A DNA stretch of 64,000 nucleotides from Felis catus. Its lineage: Eukaryota. Positions within the stretch are counted from its first letter, which is position 1. Every line of letters starts with the position of its first letter. Of the stretch, positions 34,807-48,579 are shown piece after piece. The notes under the pieces were generated by a model. That model was not told where the DNA came from. It ran no database searches and was given only the letters and a program-made list of their open reading frames with translations. Where the stretch lies: assembly GCF_018350175.1 (NCBI RefSeq), contig NC_058382.1:52888001-52952000 (forward strand). The letters run 5' to 3'. The position numbers and the translations under genes are program-made.

Positions 34807-36216
34807 AAAAGTGCCTTTTTAAGACTCCCAGCCACACTGTAAAGTCGCCATCATTCTCCTGTTATAGGCAAGAAAGAAAACCAAGCCTCCGAGAGGTTAA
34901 ATAGCTTGGCCAAGGTCACTCAGCTATGAAGGAACTGTGCCAAGGCTTGGATCCAAGGTAACTTGAAATCTCGAGCTTGGTAACTTACTGATTTCAGTAG
35001 CAAATTCAGCGAGACAGAAGGGTCTGCGCATTTGTTTCCAAAGGCTAATTTTACTTGACTGTGGAATTCTAATCTGTTAACAGCATCCTATTTATTTCTA
35101 AAGTGTTGGGGCGAATTTGCCAAATTTTGAACAGTCCATTTGTGAGCCAGTAGGATTCGGTCTGAAGTTGGGGATGACCGTGCCTGTGGTGGAGGCTCGG
35201 TCTCCTTACATATTTTAGTTCAGTGGGACTGGGAAAGGCCACAGAGAGTATGAAGATGGTCATTCAGTGGCCCAGGCAAGAAGGCCTGACTCCCCCCGCA
35301 CAAAGGCACCATTGTTGCCCAGCGTGAAGGGAGCGGAGGCGTCACCAAATGGGGCCGAGTGTCGCTTCTCTGGGTTAGAGATGTTGTTTTCCATTCACTG
35401 GTAAACAACAGCCCAAGTTCATCGTCCCGACAAAGAACTCTGTTTCTTCTTTTATGCTGAGAGTTTGCAAGTTTGGATCTTGATAGGAATGCTCTTGAAC
35501 AATTCCGGTGGCCACATGTTGCCAAGTATATATCACAACAGGGACTGTTCTAGTGCTTAACCTTCGAAAGGGACCGTCCTAGCGCTTAACTTTCAAAAAT
35601 ATCCAGATAAACCTCACAGAGAGTAGGGAGAAACCAGCCAGTAGGTCCTGCACTTGCAAAATCTCCAACGCAACGTTAAGATTTAGTTTCAGGGTGCTCA
35701 CCGGTATTAAGGGATTGTCTAATAAGGGATGCATGCTTTCTGACCATGCGTGTAGGCCTGTGTCTCTCATTGCCTTCAAGTTCACTGCCTGTACAGTCTA
35801 TCTCATATGGAACAATCCGGGTATACCAAAAACAGGAGAAAACCATGCAGCGTGGGTAGAAAAAAAATCGTTTCAGATAATAATAAAGCGAGTGCAAGAT
35901 TGTGTCTTAAAAGCTGAACACGTTAGGCTTAGACTGGAGAAAGTGGCAGCTTATTTTTAAAGGATCCTATATTTATGCTTAAATAATTTGGATGACTTCC
36001 ACCTGGGAAATTTTCAGGGCTGTTCAATATTCCTTTAGACATTGCTTTCTGTGCCTGGCCCTATGCTTACGGTTTATCAGAATCCACAGCCTTTAACAGG
36101 TCCCTTCATTCATTCATCAATCAATTAAATGATTATCTAGCTCCTAATGTGCCAGGCCCCATGCTTGGCTCTGAGGTTCAAAGACAGTTCGGTGCTCAAA
36201 TTGTTCATGGGCCTGT

Positions 36217-36264
36217 GGAAAGAGAAGGACTCGTGGGCCCCTCGGAAAGAGAAGGACTCGTGGG
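36217..36264. repeat. Two-copy tandem duplication (period 27)
   Basis: GGAAAGAGAAGGACTCGTGGG at 36217-36237 and 36244-36264. Confidence 0.95.
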
Positions 36265-36399
36265 TCCCGCTGGTGAAAAGGTGGGGACAAGCCTGCCTGG
36301 AGTGAATTCTCGGCTTCGCTGCTCACAGGCTGGGTCTTCTCGACGGGGGTCACTTCGCCTCTTATGCCTCAGTTTCCTTACCTGCAGAATAGAGAGCAC

Positions 36400-36625
36400 A
36401 AAAATAGCTAACATTTATTGAGCACTTACTCTGTATTAGTGCCTGCCATGAATTAATTAATGTGTTTCTCGGCATAACCCTGTAAGGTTCCGTTTTTATT
36501 TCCACTCCCATTTTATGGACAAGGCACAGAAAAGGGTCTTGCCCGAGCTCACAGCCACCAGTCGGTGGACTCAGGATTTCAAGCCCAGAGTATCTGATTC
36601 AGGAGCCTGTGCACTTTTCTATTCC
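36400..36625 (-). mobile_element. MIR
   Basis: AATAGCTAACATTTATTGAGCACTTACT...CCCATTTTATGGACAAGGCACAG...GGATTTCAAGCCCAG; a + strand MIR core (GCCTCAGTTTCCTTACCTGCAGAAT) abuts it on the left. Confidence 0.8.
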
Positions 36626-39600
36626 TCCAGCAGTACCTAAGGCAGGGGGACTAACTTAGCACAATGCCTGCCGCTTAGCTCTCAAGAGATTTTTTTCCCA
36701 TTAGTTAAATATTAAATAATATGTGGCATGCTAGTTAACACTAATTATAAGTAAGTGCGTTCGTGTTAACAGGGACAGAAGGCTGCAAAGGAAAGCGAAG
36801 TTCAGGTGTGGCAGAGGGTGGGGTCGGTTTTGCACAGGACAGAGTCTCTAACGGCTTCCTAGGGAAGGTGTCATCGGGCTGGGTGTTGAGACACCAGAGG
36901 CCAGTCAGGACTGCAGAGCGAATGGGTGCCATGTACTGGTGCTCCAGCAACGCTCAGAACACCCAGAGAACGTTGACCCTGCCTTCGTGGGGTTTGTAGT
37001 CGTATGGCTCAGCATTGAGGGAGCAAAGGACAAATGAATGCAGTGCAACAAGGGAGAACCAGTTAAGTGTGATGAAAAACTCCAGGTTCACGCCTTCTGT
37101 GTACAGATGCAATCTCTGTCTTGCTGGGCTGTGATCTTGTCCGAATGCTCCCTGGCGGTGGTTACAGATTCCCACGTTCTCTGTACAGACATAAGCTACT
37201 GCTGGTGTGTTGGCCAAGGAAGACCTGTTGCCTTTGAAACGGAAAAGTGGACAATGGCTGCATGCCAACCAGGGACCTCTATTTTCTTGGCCATCAGTGG
37301 AACTACTGAGATGTATAGGATTTCATAAAAAGGACATTTACGTAATTCTTTTCTGGATAAGATTATCTCACAAACAGACCACACAATGGCCAGCAGGTGT
37401 AATTTTCTATTTGATTTCACTCCTAAAAAAAAAAAAAAATGGGCTCCGGGTAGAAGTTGGCCAGACCCTATCTCACCCCTCCCTTCCAGGTCTTTCTTCC
37501 CAAGTGGGGATGTTGCCTCCTTCTCAAATTAACGAGGAAGATAATTCCACGAGACTCCTGCTGGACGCTCCCTTTCTCAAGGTCTGTTTGTGAGAGGGAG
37601 ACACAAAGTAGCAAAAGAAGACGCTATACTCCAAAGAGTCATTAGTCTTTGGCTGAAACATATGCTTGGAAAAGACATTAGCTTGTCAATGAGGGAAAAA
37701 AAGGGAAAGTTCAAGAACACGAGTCTCCATATTTCAGGATCTAGTCTCCCAACCCAGATGAAAAAATGAAAATGTCATTTGTATTATTCTGTGGACATTA
37801 GATCTAGCAAATACTTTTCAGTCAGTGTACGAAATTGTAAGAAATATCCCTGAATGCCGTCATTTCAGTTAAGTCTAGAGTAGAGAATAAAGGAGGGGGG
37901 GGACACCCAGAAGCCCATAAATCAGTTCTTGAACAATAGTATATTAAATGATAACCTTGTCATATTTAAAGTCACACTGGAAGGATATATTGAGGTTTTG
38001 TTCTTTTCATGGTCTTGGCATCGGTGAATTAATTCAAGGCGTCTTAACTTTTCAAAACCAGGGCAAGGGGGATAAACTGCAGGCTCGCTTTTGTCCCCGC
38101 CCCACCTGGCCACACACCCACCCCCCCCACCACCCCCACATACACACACACACTTGCAGAAACACACATCCACGTTCCTGCATCCCTGTGCCCAGGAAGC
38201 GATCATCTATTGTATCATTGCCAACCGAACTCCAGTTGGCTTTTCATATTACAGTTTTTATACACAAGGCAACGTGGTAGAATTGAAAGAGCGTGTGTGG
38301 GCTTTGTATTGGGGCAGGGCTGCGGTGGGGGCCAGCGTTGAGACTTCTAGCTGGGGGGATCCTGCCCCAGAATAATTCTGTCCTTGCAGAACTGTTTATG
38401 AGGGATAATCCAAATAAATAAAGCCACAGTAGGGGATACATCAATGGTATTTCATTATTAAAACAATAGTATTTATTCAGGACAGTTACTTGCCACATTT
38501 CACGTGCTTTGGAGAGAGGGCAAGGTCTTTTCTGGAATGTTCCACGTTTATTTGTTGGGCTCACTAGCAACAACTTTCTCATTCTCTCTCCCTGTGGTTT
38601 CTCTACCTCTTTGCCCCTCCAGCATCCCTTCTCTCTTTAAACAAGAAAGTCCTTTAGGACCTTGGTAGGTTATTTGTTACTTACATTTGTCTTAAAAAAG
38701 AAAAGAACTTTGAAAGGGGTCTCTAGCATGCTTTAAAAAAAAAGGTAAGCCCTCTCAAGCCTCTTTAATCCTAAATTCAGTTTTGAATATGCTTGTTGTA
38801 CGATGTCAGTGGCTTTCCAAAAGAGAGTGTCCCAATTATTTCCACGGCCAAGAGAAACAGCTTTAATTCTTTATCACATAAATATGCTTCAAACCATGAT
38901 TTAAAACAGATGGACAGAGAACCGATGAGTGGTGGGGTGTCTTGGCTGATCCCGAGTCCCAGCCCCCTCGGTATTCCTGGGTCTGTTCTATAGCTTGGAT
39001 CTTACCGGTCCTGGCAGACACAGCCATGCTGCGAGATTTTCCTTCTGGCTCTGCACGAAGCTTTTACAAAGACGCTTGCTTCATGCATGTGAGTGACCTT
39101 TCCAGTTTTTTTTTCTACTTCCACCGTATTACATAAAGCCCCCGCTAATTTAGCATGGTATGTGCCCCAGTCTTTTTTTTTTTTTTAACAACTTTATTTA
39201 TGTAATTAAGTGAGTGAAGTCATACATTTTATTGATCTCATGAAACACGTTTCATGGGTTCTCCTGCCCTTCATCTTCGGCCCTTGCCCTTCAGATCACA
39301 GTCTTCTGCTTTAGTAGATGTTAAATGAGACCATTCGGCCACTCATCCACTCACTCTACATCTTGCCAAATTTGAGGTCCCCCTCCAAGTTAACAGGGAA
39401 CCCTAACATCTTCTCGAGCAGACGCCAAGATGGAAGCCGTAGGAGGGATAAGAAGTCCTTAAAAAGAAGAGATGTGGTTTCCAAGGATGAGGCATAACAC
39501 AGGTGGTTCTCCTTTTAATACAGTGAAACTTCAGCTCCTCAAATAGGCCTTCGTCTCCCCTTCATTCGATTTTTTTTATTATTATTTTAATGGAGCGCAA

Positions 39601-40075
39601 GGTGCAGTCTTTTTGATGAGGGGGAATGCAGGCTTATAAAAGCTAAGCACTGCTGTATATTTCTACTGTCCTTGCCCATGGCCCACGCTGGGGAGTTGTA
39701 TATTGTATCAGTAATTTTAAAGGTTGGCAAGTGTTCTACCAGTTCACGAAGTTTCCCTAACAGTAACTGGTCAAACATATTACTTAACTAGGCATATAGA
39801 ATTGTGGCGAAATTGACGCTGAGAATGAGCAAAAATCATGACGGTAGGTTGTCAGCATTTGCCAGGGAGGGGCTGGGATTCATATAAAACTTGATCACGT
39901 TGAATGAGTCTTCGAGAAGAAGAAAACCTCAGGAACAGATGAATAAGCCTGCGTCTTAGCCAGATGGTCTAAGCAAGCCTGGAGGAAGAGTCTCTTTTAT
40001 CCTGACCGCGACTGCCACAGCCACAGAGATTCGGTTGTCGTGAGGAAGGAACTCTTTGAACTAAAAGGCTGATCT

Positions 40076-40275
40076 GGGAGCGCCTGGGTGGCTCAGTCAG
40101 TTAAGCATCCAGCTCTGATTTCAGCTCCGGTCATGATCTCACAGTTTGTGCGTTCAAGCCCCACGTCTGGCTCTGAACTCACAGCAAGCAGCCTGCTTCA
40201 GATTTGCTCTCTCTGTCTCTGTCTCTCTCTCTCAAAAGACAAGTAAACATTAAAAAAATTTAAGTAAAATAAATA
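40076..40275 (+). mobile_element. Can-SINE (SINEC)
   Basis: GGGAGCGCCTGGGTGGCTCAGTCAGTTAAG head, shortened CT region, A-rich tail. Confidence 0.93.
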
Positions 40276-40309
40276 CTAAAAGTGTATAACAATAAGTCCT
40301 GTGAAAAAA

Positions 40310-40835
40310 GTATCTCACCACTATTTTTAAGTTTTACCTTTTAATTATGGATGCGGTTGAGGTGGGGGTCAGTGTTTATACTTCTGTGGCCGATATGTAT
40401 TCCTTCTTTTCGGAACTACCTTTCCATGTTCTTGATCCAGTTTTCTACTAGATTGTTCTCACTTTGTAGCGAAAGCTCTGTGTGAATTAAGGAGACCAGC
40501 TCGTCTCCCTCCGTCATAAATATTTTTTTTTTGTTATTTGTTTTCAACTTCGTAATAGTTTTCTTCCATGCAGCAGTTTTTTTTTTTATTTTTTTTCAAC
40601 GTTTTTATTTATTTTGGGACAGAGAGACAGAGCATGAACGGGGGAGGGGCAGAGAGAGAGGGAGACACAGAATCGGAAACAGGCTCCAGGCTCTGAGCCA
40701 TCAGCCCAGAGCCTGACGCGGGGCTCGAACTCCCGGACCGCGAGATCGTGACCTGGCTGAAGTCGGACGCTTAACCGACTGCGCCACCCAGGCACCCCCA
40801 TGCAGCAGTTTTAATCTTATGTATTCATATATGGT
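40310..40835 (-). mobile_element. Old L1M fragment interrupted by a young SINE
   Basis: CAGTTTTCTACTAGATTGTT...CCATGCAGCAGTTTTAATCTTATGTA resembles reversed L1 ORF2 DNA. Confidence 0.55.
40581..40798 (-). mobile_element. Young felid-type Can-SINE (SINEC_Fc-like)
   Basis: Perfect TSD CCATGCAGCAGTTTT; CpGs intact; CAGCCAGGTCACGATC and GGGCTGATGG diagnostics. Confidence 0.96.
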
Positions 40836-42134
40836 TGACTGCACAGTGATTTGGGGAGAATACCGTTGGGTTCTTGTATTTCCAAAAGCACATCAGTGTC
40901 TGACTGCGAGCCTCCCCTGAACAGGAAATATTTGCTCCTGAAAGTATCCAGGTGAGAATCAGGAAAGCCACGGGGAGTGATTGTCATACTCAGGCCACTT
41001 CTCACTCATGCTTATGTGAGATGGTCACTGAGAGAAAAAGTAGCAGGACCCCAGGGCCAGCATTGGAAAGCTGACCTTCTGCCCCCCTGATGGATGGACA
41101 GGTCATGGACCTCAGTCTTTTCCAGGGGTGCGATCTGGGGCAGAAGACGAAAGGTGGCTCAGCCTCAGCTTGGTTGACAGCGGGAATACTGATATCCCTT
41201 CTGGCACACAGTTCACCTGGCATCTGCCGGGCGCATGCCTAGGAGATGCTGGGAACTTCTTTGCGTTTCCGGAACACGTATAATCAAATCCGCAGTCCGT
41301 AATTTGAAATTACGTACGTAAAGTGTCCAAATGGTAAGAGATATTAGATGAATCAGTAAAATTAATCCTTTCCCTGTCTTAAAGAGAAAAGGTGGGAAAA
41401 CAGAGCTCTGATGTTGGGGGAGGTGGGAGGATTGCACCTGAGTTGAGACTATTGTGACATTTTTATTTCCATACACTGCCGAGGGTTAGTTGCCATTCGC
41501 CAGCCACCAGCTGATTTCAGTGTCATTCATATGAATGTCCTCAAGATTCAGGAAGGAAATTCCCTGAATTTTATGGATCTCTACAGCGGGCACATGCAAC
41601 GTCTAATGTCCCCCTTCTCGGAACGAGACATTTCTACCCTGCATCGCCAGCACTAATACTCAACGGCATATGTGTATTTCCTAGACGGGCTTGATAAAAG
41701 TCACCTTCCCTCCTTTCAGAAGGGGGGGGCGGGGCGGGTATCAAATTGAGTAGGAGCTAAGCAGTTTGACAATCCTGGCTAGGTTTATCAAAGGAAAATT
41801 CACATGCATCCGTCTTAAATTAGTGCCTGTTTTATCTGAGTCCAGTTTTATCGTCGCTGAGAACTTGGGAAAGTTTTGGTAATGAAGCATTGACAGATAC
41901 AATAATTCACTCAAGAATGCTCTAGAATATCATAAAGTCCAGGTCACTGTTGAGGTTGCTCCCTTTCTCCAGGAATGACATGTTTGACCCCTGACATGAT
42001 CCTGAGGCAACACTGTGGAATTTTTCGAAAGTGTTTGTTTGTCTGTGAGCTGTTTGTTTTGAACATCGTCACCTTTGGCTCAGACTCGCCGTAGTGGAAA
42101 AAGAGCGCCAATGTGTTGGAAAAGGAGTGGTTTT

Positions 42135-42258
42135 CTTCTCCTCCTCTGCCCCTCCTTCCTTCTCCCCCTTTCTTCTCCCCCTCCGTCCACCCCTCTCCCC
42201 TCTTGCCTCCTCCTTTTCCTCTCCCTGCACCACCCTCCTCCTCTTCCTCCTCCTCCGG
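42135..42258. repeat. (CCT)-rich polypyrimidine tract
   Basis: About 120 bp mostly C/T. Confidence 0.9.
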
Positions 42259-45200
42259 TATCCTTAATCACTTCCAGGTGTGCCTGTGGGTCAAGCCCCA
42301 TCCTGGGGATGCCGGGTCTGTGCCCTCCACAAACACAAGACAAAGTTGGGGAGAAGGCGGAGGCGGGGGGGGGGACACAACAGAAGTATAACATCAGGGG
42401 AAAAATCACTTTGAAGTCTTGGCGATGAAATCGGTAAAAATAATTCGAGATGAAGACAGACCCGTTTACATTCCAAGGAAGGAAAATGTTTTTACACAAA
42501 CAGTTGCCCTGGACCGCATGAGTTCTTGTTAATACCTTTCAACCTTGTGATTGAAAGCCCAGGGCCTGTGATCCACGGCAGAGACCACGGCCAGAAATAA
42601 TTCTCTGAGCGCACTGCGTGTGCCTTCAAGTGATCCTTGATTGTTTTTCTTGGATGCCCCACTTTCCAAAGGCCAGAAGTTGCTTCAGGGAGTCATTGAA
42701 GTTTGGGAAGGCTTTACATTCTAAGAGCAAGGTGCTGTCCTCATAGGAAAATGTGTGATTAGTCACGAGCCTTTTGCCTGGACAGGAATGGTACCGGTCC
42801 ACTTGCCAGCCCAGGGGCCTCTTAGGGGGTCACAAGGGGACACTTTGGGGCCTTACCCAGTGCCTCCCTTCTCTCGGGATGCCATTCCCCATTTTGACGG
42901 AGCTTTTGTGACACAGCTGGAGTATCGCCTTGTCTGCGAAGGTTTTCCCGACCCTTTGCCCACCTCCTTCCTGTGGGACAAACTGCCTCCTTACCCCTTG
43001 CAGCCCCCCTCTGGGGTAGACAGGTGAGAGACCACAGCCCTCCAGCTTACCAGCCTGAGAATCCTGTTGGTGCCTCACTCGTGGGACGTGAGCAGGTTAC
43101 GCTTACCTGAGACTCCCGTACGGTGGATACGACCAACCCGCCCGAGGAGCCTGCTGAGTGAGAGCCCCTGTCACAGCTCCTCTCGTGGTGCCTTGCTGAC
43201 GTGTGCCTTGCACGTCGCTACCTGGCTCGTGACGAAACAGCCTCGGCGGGGCGAGACTCACGTCTCACTCCTCGTTGCCCCTCCAGTCGTCGCGCAGACT
43301 CAGGCACACAGTAGGCACTCAGCAAATGCAGCAGAGCAAGGGCCTCGAAGGTATCCGGTTCCCCCAAGCCGAGAGCAGAACAGGTTGGCTGACGAGGATC
43401 GTTCAACCAAGGTGAAACTTACGGGCACTGCCGTCCCGGGCACAGTCTGTCTGCCCCGTCTACACAGCGAATGAACCCCCTTTAGTGCTGATGACCTCTC
43501 TGTCCTGAAACAGTGCAGGAACAGCCCTGAACAAAGACGGACGGCCTCCCTTTAGCGTTCGCACACAGTCCTGTCTCATCCGCCGCTGTTCCGTGCCCCA
43601 TCCCCACTCTCTCAGGAAGGTAATAATAGTAACTCATAATAATAGTTCAAAATAATAATAATCATACCTGGGATTTATATATCAGCATGCCTCCTAAGAG
43701 GGCAAATAAACCATCTCGCACAATGTGGAGAGGACGTATCTTCCTGGTGCCGATGCTGACCAACTTAAGGCAGGAAAGATTTACAGTCAAATTTCATCAT
43801 CTGGAGCAAAGTGATGGTGCCCCGTTGGCATATGGGGATCTGGTTTAATGCCGTTCCCTTGGTTTTGCTTAAACTGCCAAGTGAATTACTGTAACACACT
43901 TTGCCTGCAATTAATTTGACATCTAGTGCCAGAGAGCCTCTTTATGTTTTTCAAGGCAAGCCAGGTTGAAATTTTTGCGAAAAGGTTTGTCCATCATTTT
44001 TACTGATGTCCAAACATGATTTGTAGAATTTAGCTGTGGAAACCATGTGAGCTCGCTTGCTCTCTCTCTCTCTCCCTCTCTTTTTAAGAATCACAGGGAA
44101 GAAAAAACAAAACAAAACAAAAACGTGGTGATGGTTCTGTTGGAATGTTTTTCAATTCTCCAAGTTTAATAAAATAGGTTTATGGCGTTTGTTTCTGAAA
44201 GCTGACTTTCATCAGAATGTTTGCGCTCCTCACAGGAGGGGCAAAGTAAAAGAGTTAGGAATGACTCGCGACATTTGCGCAGGTGACTTGAGAGAGTGTC
44301 CCAAACCGATATTAATTGTGTCACACATAGTGGCAAACACCCAAGACCCTCCCCAGAAACTGTTTGGAAGAAGCCGGGCTGCAACCCCCCCCCTTTAGGG
44401 GGAATTACATTTTGCGTGTTATGTTTCTGATCATTTGAGCCCAACATCGATTTCACCTCTGGCAGCTGACCACGGTTCCAGCTGGGCTTTGCTGCATTGT
44501 CAGCGCCATGGGGCCTGATAAAGCATTTTTGGATTTCTCATACTCGCGGTGCCCCGTGGTCTCAACCCCATTGGAAACATCAAGCTCCTTACCTGATCTG
44601 GGGGGAGGGGGTTGTTTGTTGTTGGGTAAAGCACTTTTCCTGCAGTCACAAGAAACCAACAAAGTGCATCCCTCCCGGCCGATGGCATGCCTAAGTCAGC
44701 AGTGACAACGAAAATGGCCTTTTGGACACTTCCCCAAAATGCATCCTCAGAGCTGACTATCAAGCGGAGTGGGGTGGCCGCTAACTTCCTAGAACCGCTG
44801 TGTTCTTGGAGGAGTGACACGTGAGATGTGCTTGGTCTTGGCCTCTCCCTTTGTTGGTACAAAGGGAATCAGAGGCAACTCCCCCCCCCCGCCATGGCTG
44901 CCGCCCCCTTACCCCCTCTTATAATCACTTGCTCTTTGATGATGGTGAGTTTATAGCTGCAATTTCTGTGCCCTGCAGCACTGGCACCTGAGAAGCCCCA
45001 TTGCTTTAGTGTCCAGCAGATTCCCTCTCTTGGGGAACTCAGCAGAAAACAATGCCAACGCGTCTCGATTTCCCCTGGACTTCACAAATCTCTCCCTGCC
45101 GTGACTGCGCTGAGGGGGTGCACAGTGCGAGGCAGGCAGCTGGCTGTGTGGTGACGAAGAAACGCCACCCCAAACTCTTTAGATCTAGATTTATGGGCCA

Positions 45201-45668
45201 GTAGCCTTCAGAGAACATCTCGCGCGAAAGCCGGACATTATCTTTTGTCTATTAAACGTCAGCTTGCAAGATGAGTCGTGTAGACACAATGACGTACACT
45301 CCTTCATGACGCTGACATTCATACTTCTGCCCAAGGGGGGAGGCTCTTTTTCTACATCAGTCCTACAATGAACGAACTCCTATTTAGCCACAGATTCTCC
45401 TTGTCCCTCAAAGGGTTTTCACAGATCCGTTTTTTTGCAGCACTTCTTTATTTATCCATTAGGAAGGATGCTGATGCCTGGGATTTAGAATACAAATGGC
45501 TGGACCTCTGGCTTCCAACAGTAGGAAATCAAAATTAAGGAAAAAAAAATAGGCACGCACTTGTATGGGACATTGTTTAAAGGACCTGTCAGCCTAAACT
45601 TTTAGTGGTGATAACAACTTAAGAGAAAAGGCTCCAGAAAAGTGTGGGATTAAAAAAAATAAACAACA

Positions 45669-45894
45669 GGGGCTCCTGGGTGGCTCAGTCGGTTGAGCGT
45701 CCGACTTCGGCTCAGGTCATGATCTCGCGGTTTGTGAGTTCAGGCCCCACGTCGGACTCTGTGCTAACAGCTCAGAGCCTGGAGCCTGCTTCGGGTTCTG
45801 TGTCTCCCTCTCCCTCTGCCTCTCCCCCCCCTTGTGCTCTGTCTCTCTCTCTCTCTCTCTCAATCAAAAAAAATAAAATGTAAAAAAAAAGTTG
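45669..45894 (+). mobile_element. Can-SINE (SINEC)
   Basis: Full length, followed by an (AAAC)-rich tract to about 45938. Confidence 0.96.
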
Positions 45895-46194
45895 TTAAAA
45901 AACAAACAACAACAAACAAACAAACAAAACAAAAAACATATGGCACAATTTCTGGTCCATACTTGTCCAGTAAGAAGCTGTGTCATACAGGTCCACTCTT
46001 TGGCATTTGGCTCTCCCGATAAGCCCACCTAGCAGTGAAGAGGCGACCCGACTGTTAGGTCTCATTATCCCACCTGCTAAAGTAAAAAGCAGCAAGGTCG
46101 GGTTTTGACCCACTTGTCTTGGGTGTATCTTGTCCTCCTTTTCTTCCTCTGCTCTTTCCTCTTCTCCATCTCCTCCCCTGACCAACCCCATGCC

Positions 46195-46410
46195 ATTTAT
46201 TCATTCATTCAAGCATTTAGTGAATGCTTGCTGTGTCCAGCCGCTGTCTAGAGCAGCCATGGGAATGTATGGAGGTGGCCAGGCGGACGTCCCTTATGCT
46301 CAAGGAGCTCTTGTCTGATCGACATGGAGACGATCAGATGGATCAGACGATTTCTGGTAATGACGGACGCCTAAATGCAATCAAACGAGCCAGTAATGCA
46401 GAAAGCTGGG
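46195..46410 (-). mobile_element. L2 3' fragment
   Basis: TTTATTCATTCATTCAAGCATTTAGTGAATGCTTGCTGTGT...CTCAAGGAGCTC. Confidence 0.7.
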
Positions 46411-46424
46411 GTAGAAATGGCGTC

Positions 46425-46602
46425 CATGCTGTGCCAGCGAGAGCAGATTATACCCATCCCCCACGTTCAGTGACATCGCATCCACTGCGTGAATTCAGCC
46501 ATGGTGGAAATACTTACAGCATGGAAATTGGCCAGTGCTACAAACCAGGGCTCCCTCCTCCCCACCAGAGATGGTCATGAAACAGTTTCTAGAACATCCC
46601 TG
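46425..46602 (+). mobile_element. MER63A-like hAT-Blackjack element
   Basis: GCGAGAGCAGATT...CGTTCAGTGACATC...GCCATGGTGGAAATACTTACAGCATGGAAATTGGCCAGTGCTACAAACCAGGGCT matches recalled MER63 consensus. Confidence 0.75.
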
Positions 46603-47349
46603 GAATGCATGCAGGAGGCCGTGCCATTGATCTCACTTTTTATTGGAAAGTGTGTTCGTTTTGGCTCTCACCAGGAAAATTGTTTTTTTGGTTTTGTTTT
46701 TGTTGTTGTTGTTGTTGTTGTTCTCCTCTTTGAATCAGTTTATTTGGAAATGTTCTTTTATGGGTGATAGAAACACAAGAAGTACCTTATCACTTATCTT
46801 TGATGGTATTTTGGAGATGACAGGAAAAAAAAACTGAGAGAGAAAGAAAACCCATAGATAGTTAAGGGACCGTTTTTCGTAGGACGTGGTCTGCAAAATT
46901 AACTGCTCCGTTCCAAGTGGCCGCAAGATTTATGGTTTCTATCAAAGAACTTCAATCCTGTTTTCTTCACCTTCTTCACCCTCTTGCATGAAGACTTTCT
47001 CTACACGGTTTTTGGGGATAACTTCCCAACTTTATCAGTATGTATTACAAAAATCGTTCCTGCCTAACATATTGAATGTATTTAAATTATTTGTTCTATT
47101 AAAATGTCAATGTATTGCTTGAGTTTTAATTGTGCCTGAGGATCAATCATTATAACAGCTTCAGGGAAGACTTTATGACTTACCTGAACAGTGGTGTATT
47201 CTGTGGCTTGGCAAAGTGGATACATTGACTTTATTAGGTTTTATTAGCTACTGAGAGTCATTTGAGTGGCTTCTGTTGGAGTTTTATTCTTGATATCAGT
47301 GATGATTTACTCAGAGCCATTAGAAAAATAGTTTCAAGGTTGATAAAAA

Positions 47350-47620
47350 TAATGGTAATAATAATGATAATAAATAGACTATTAGCCAGTAGGTATTAAG
47401 GGCTTACTATATTCCATGCCTTAGGCTTTGTGTGTGGTAGCTCGTTTGAACCTCATAGTAGCCCCGTGATGGAGTGCTGGGTTGCCTTGATTATATACAG
47501 GAGAGACTGGGGTACAGAGGAGTTAAGTAACTGTCCCAAGAGCATACAGCCAGTGGGGCCTGAGCCAGTATTCAAGTCCCTGTCTGTTGATGTGAAACCC
47601 CTGCTTTTGGCCACCAGATA
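47350..47620 (-). mobile_element. MIR
   Basis: GGGCTTACTAT...GAACCTCATAGTAGCCC...GGTACAGAGGAGTTAAGTAACTGTCCCAAG...ATTCAAGTCC. Confidence 0.75.
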
Positions 47621-48042
47621 ACTACCAGTGTTCATTAAAAGAAGATCAGCTTTTTGTCTCAGATGCACCAGGATTTGCCTCCCAGTTCCGCCACTTACCA
47701 TCCTTGTGTCTTTGGATAATCTGTTGGGCCATTCTAGAGTTGTGTCCTCGACTGTTACATGAGAGAAATTAATAGCACCTGCCTGGGAAGGCTGTCCACT
47801 GGACCCAGGACTTCTGCACCCCCATCACTTGTTAGGTGTTACCTGCTCCTCATGTCCATGTGTAGAGAGAACTGGAGTATTCTAAGGATCCAAGGGGATA
47901 ATATACATAAAAGGAACTGGCATCATCTTGCCACTTAGGACACATGCTAGTTCTTTATCTGCTCTCTCTCAGCTTCCTGTTTGTTGCATGATTTGAGCAC
48001 CAGGCTACTGAATTTTCCTTTGCATTAAAAATAAAAAGTCTT

Positions 48043-48255
48043 GGGGCGCCTGGGTGGCACAGTCGGTTAAGCGTCCGACTTCAGCCAGGTCACGATCTCA
48101 CGGTCCGTGAGTTCGAGCCCCGCGTCGGGCTCTGGGCTGATGGCTCAGAGCCTGGAGCCTGTTTCCGATTCTGTGTCTCCCTCTCTCTCTGCCCCTCGCC
48201 TGTTCATGCTCTGTCTCTCTCTCTGTCCCAAAAATAAATAAACGTTGAAAAAAAA
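48043..48255 (+). mobile_element. Young felid-type Can-SINE (SINEC_Fc-like)
   Basis: Perfect TSD AAAAATAAAAAGTCTT at 48027-48042 and 48256-48271; CpGs intact. Confidence 0.97.
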
Positions 48256-48579
48256 AAAAATAAAAAGTCTTGGGTCGAAAGGGGATGTTTTTTAGGGAAA
48301 ATGAATACTTTTTTCAGTCTTAAATTCATTCATGATATATCTTCTAGATTCTTATAAAAATGTTATTAATTTATACACTAAAAGAGTCTTTTAAAACACT
48401 CTTTAGATGCATTTGCCTATAAATGAGAGCTTTTCTAGATTTGTTGAAGGTTGCCACTTGCTATGGGTTGGAGCTTACAAAATGGCATTAATGCCTTATT
48501 AACTAGAACTAATTAAATTTCCATGTCATTTCTTTATTATTGTTTTTATTCTCTATCAGTTTAATTTATTATAGCAACA

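Noticed and set aside
36217..36264. Direct repeats as a CRISPR-like array
   Set aside because: Two copies, 6 bp spacer, mammalian DNA, no cas genes
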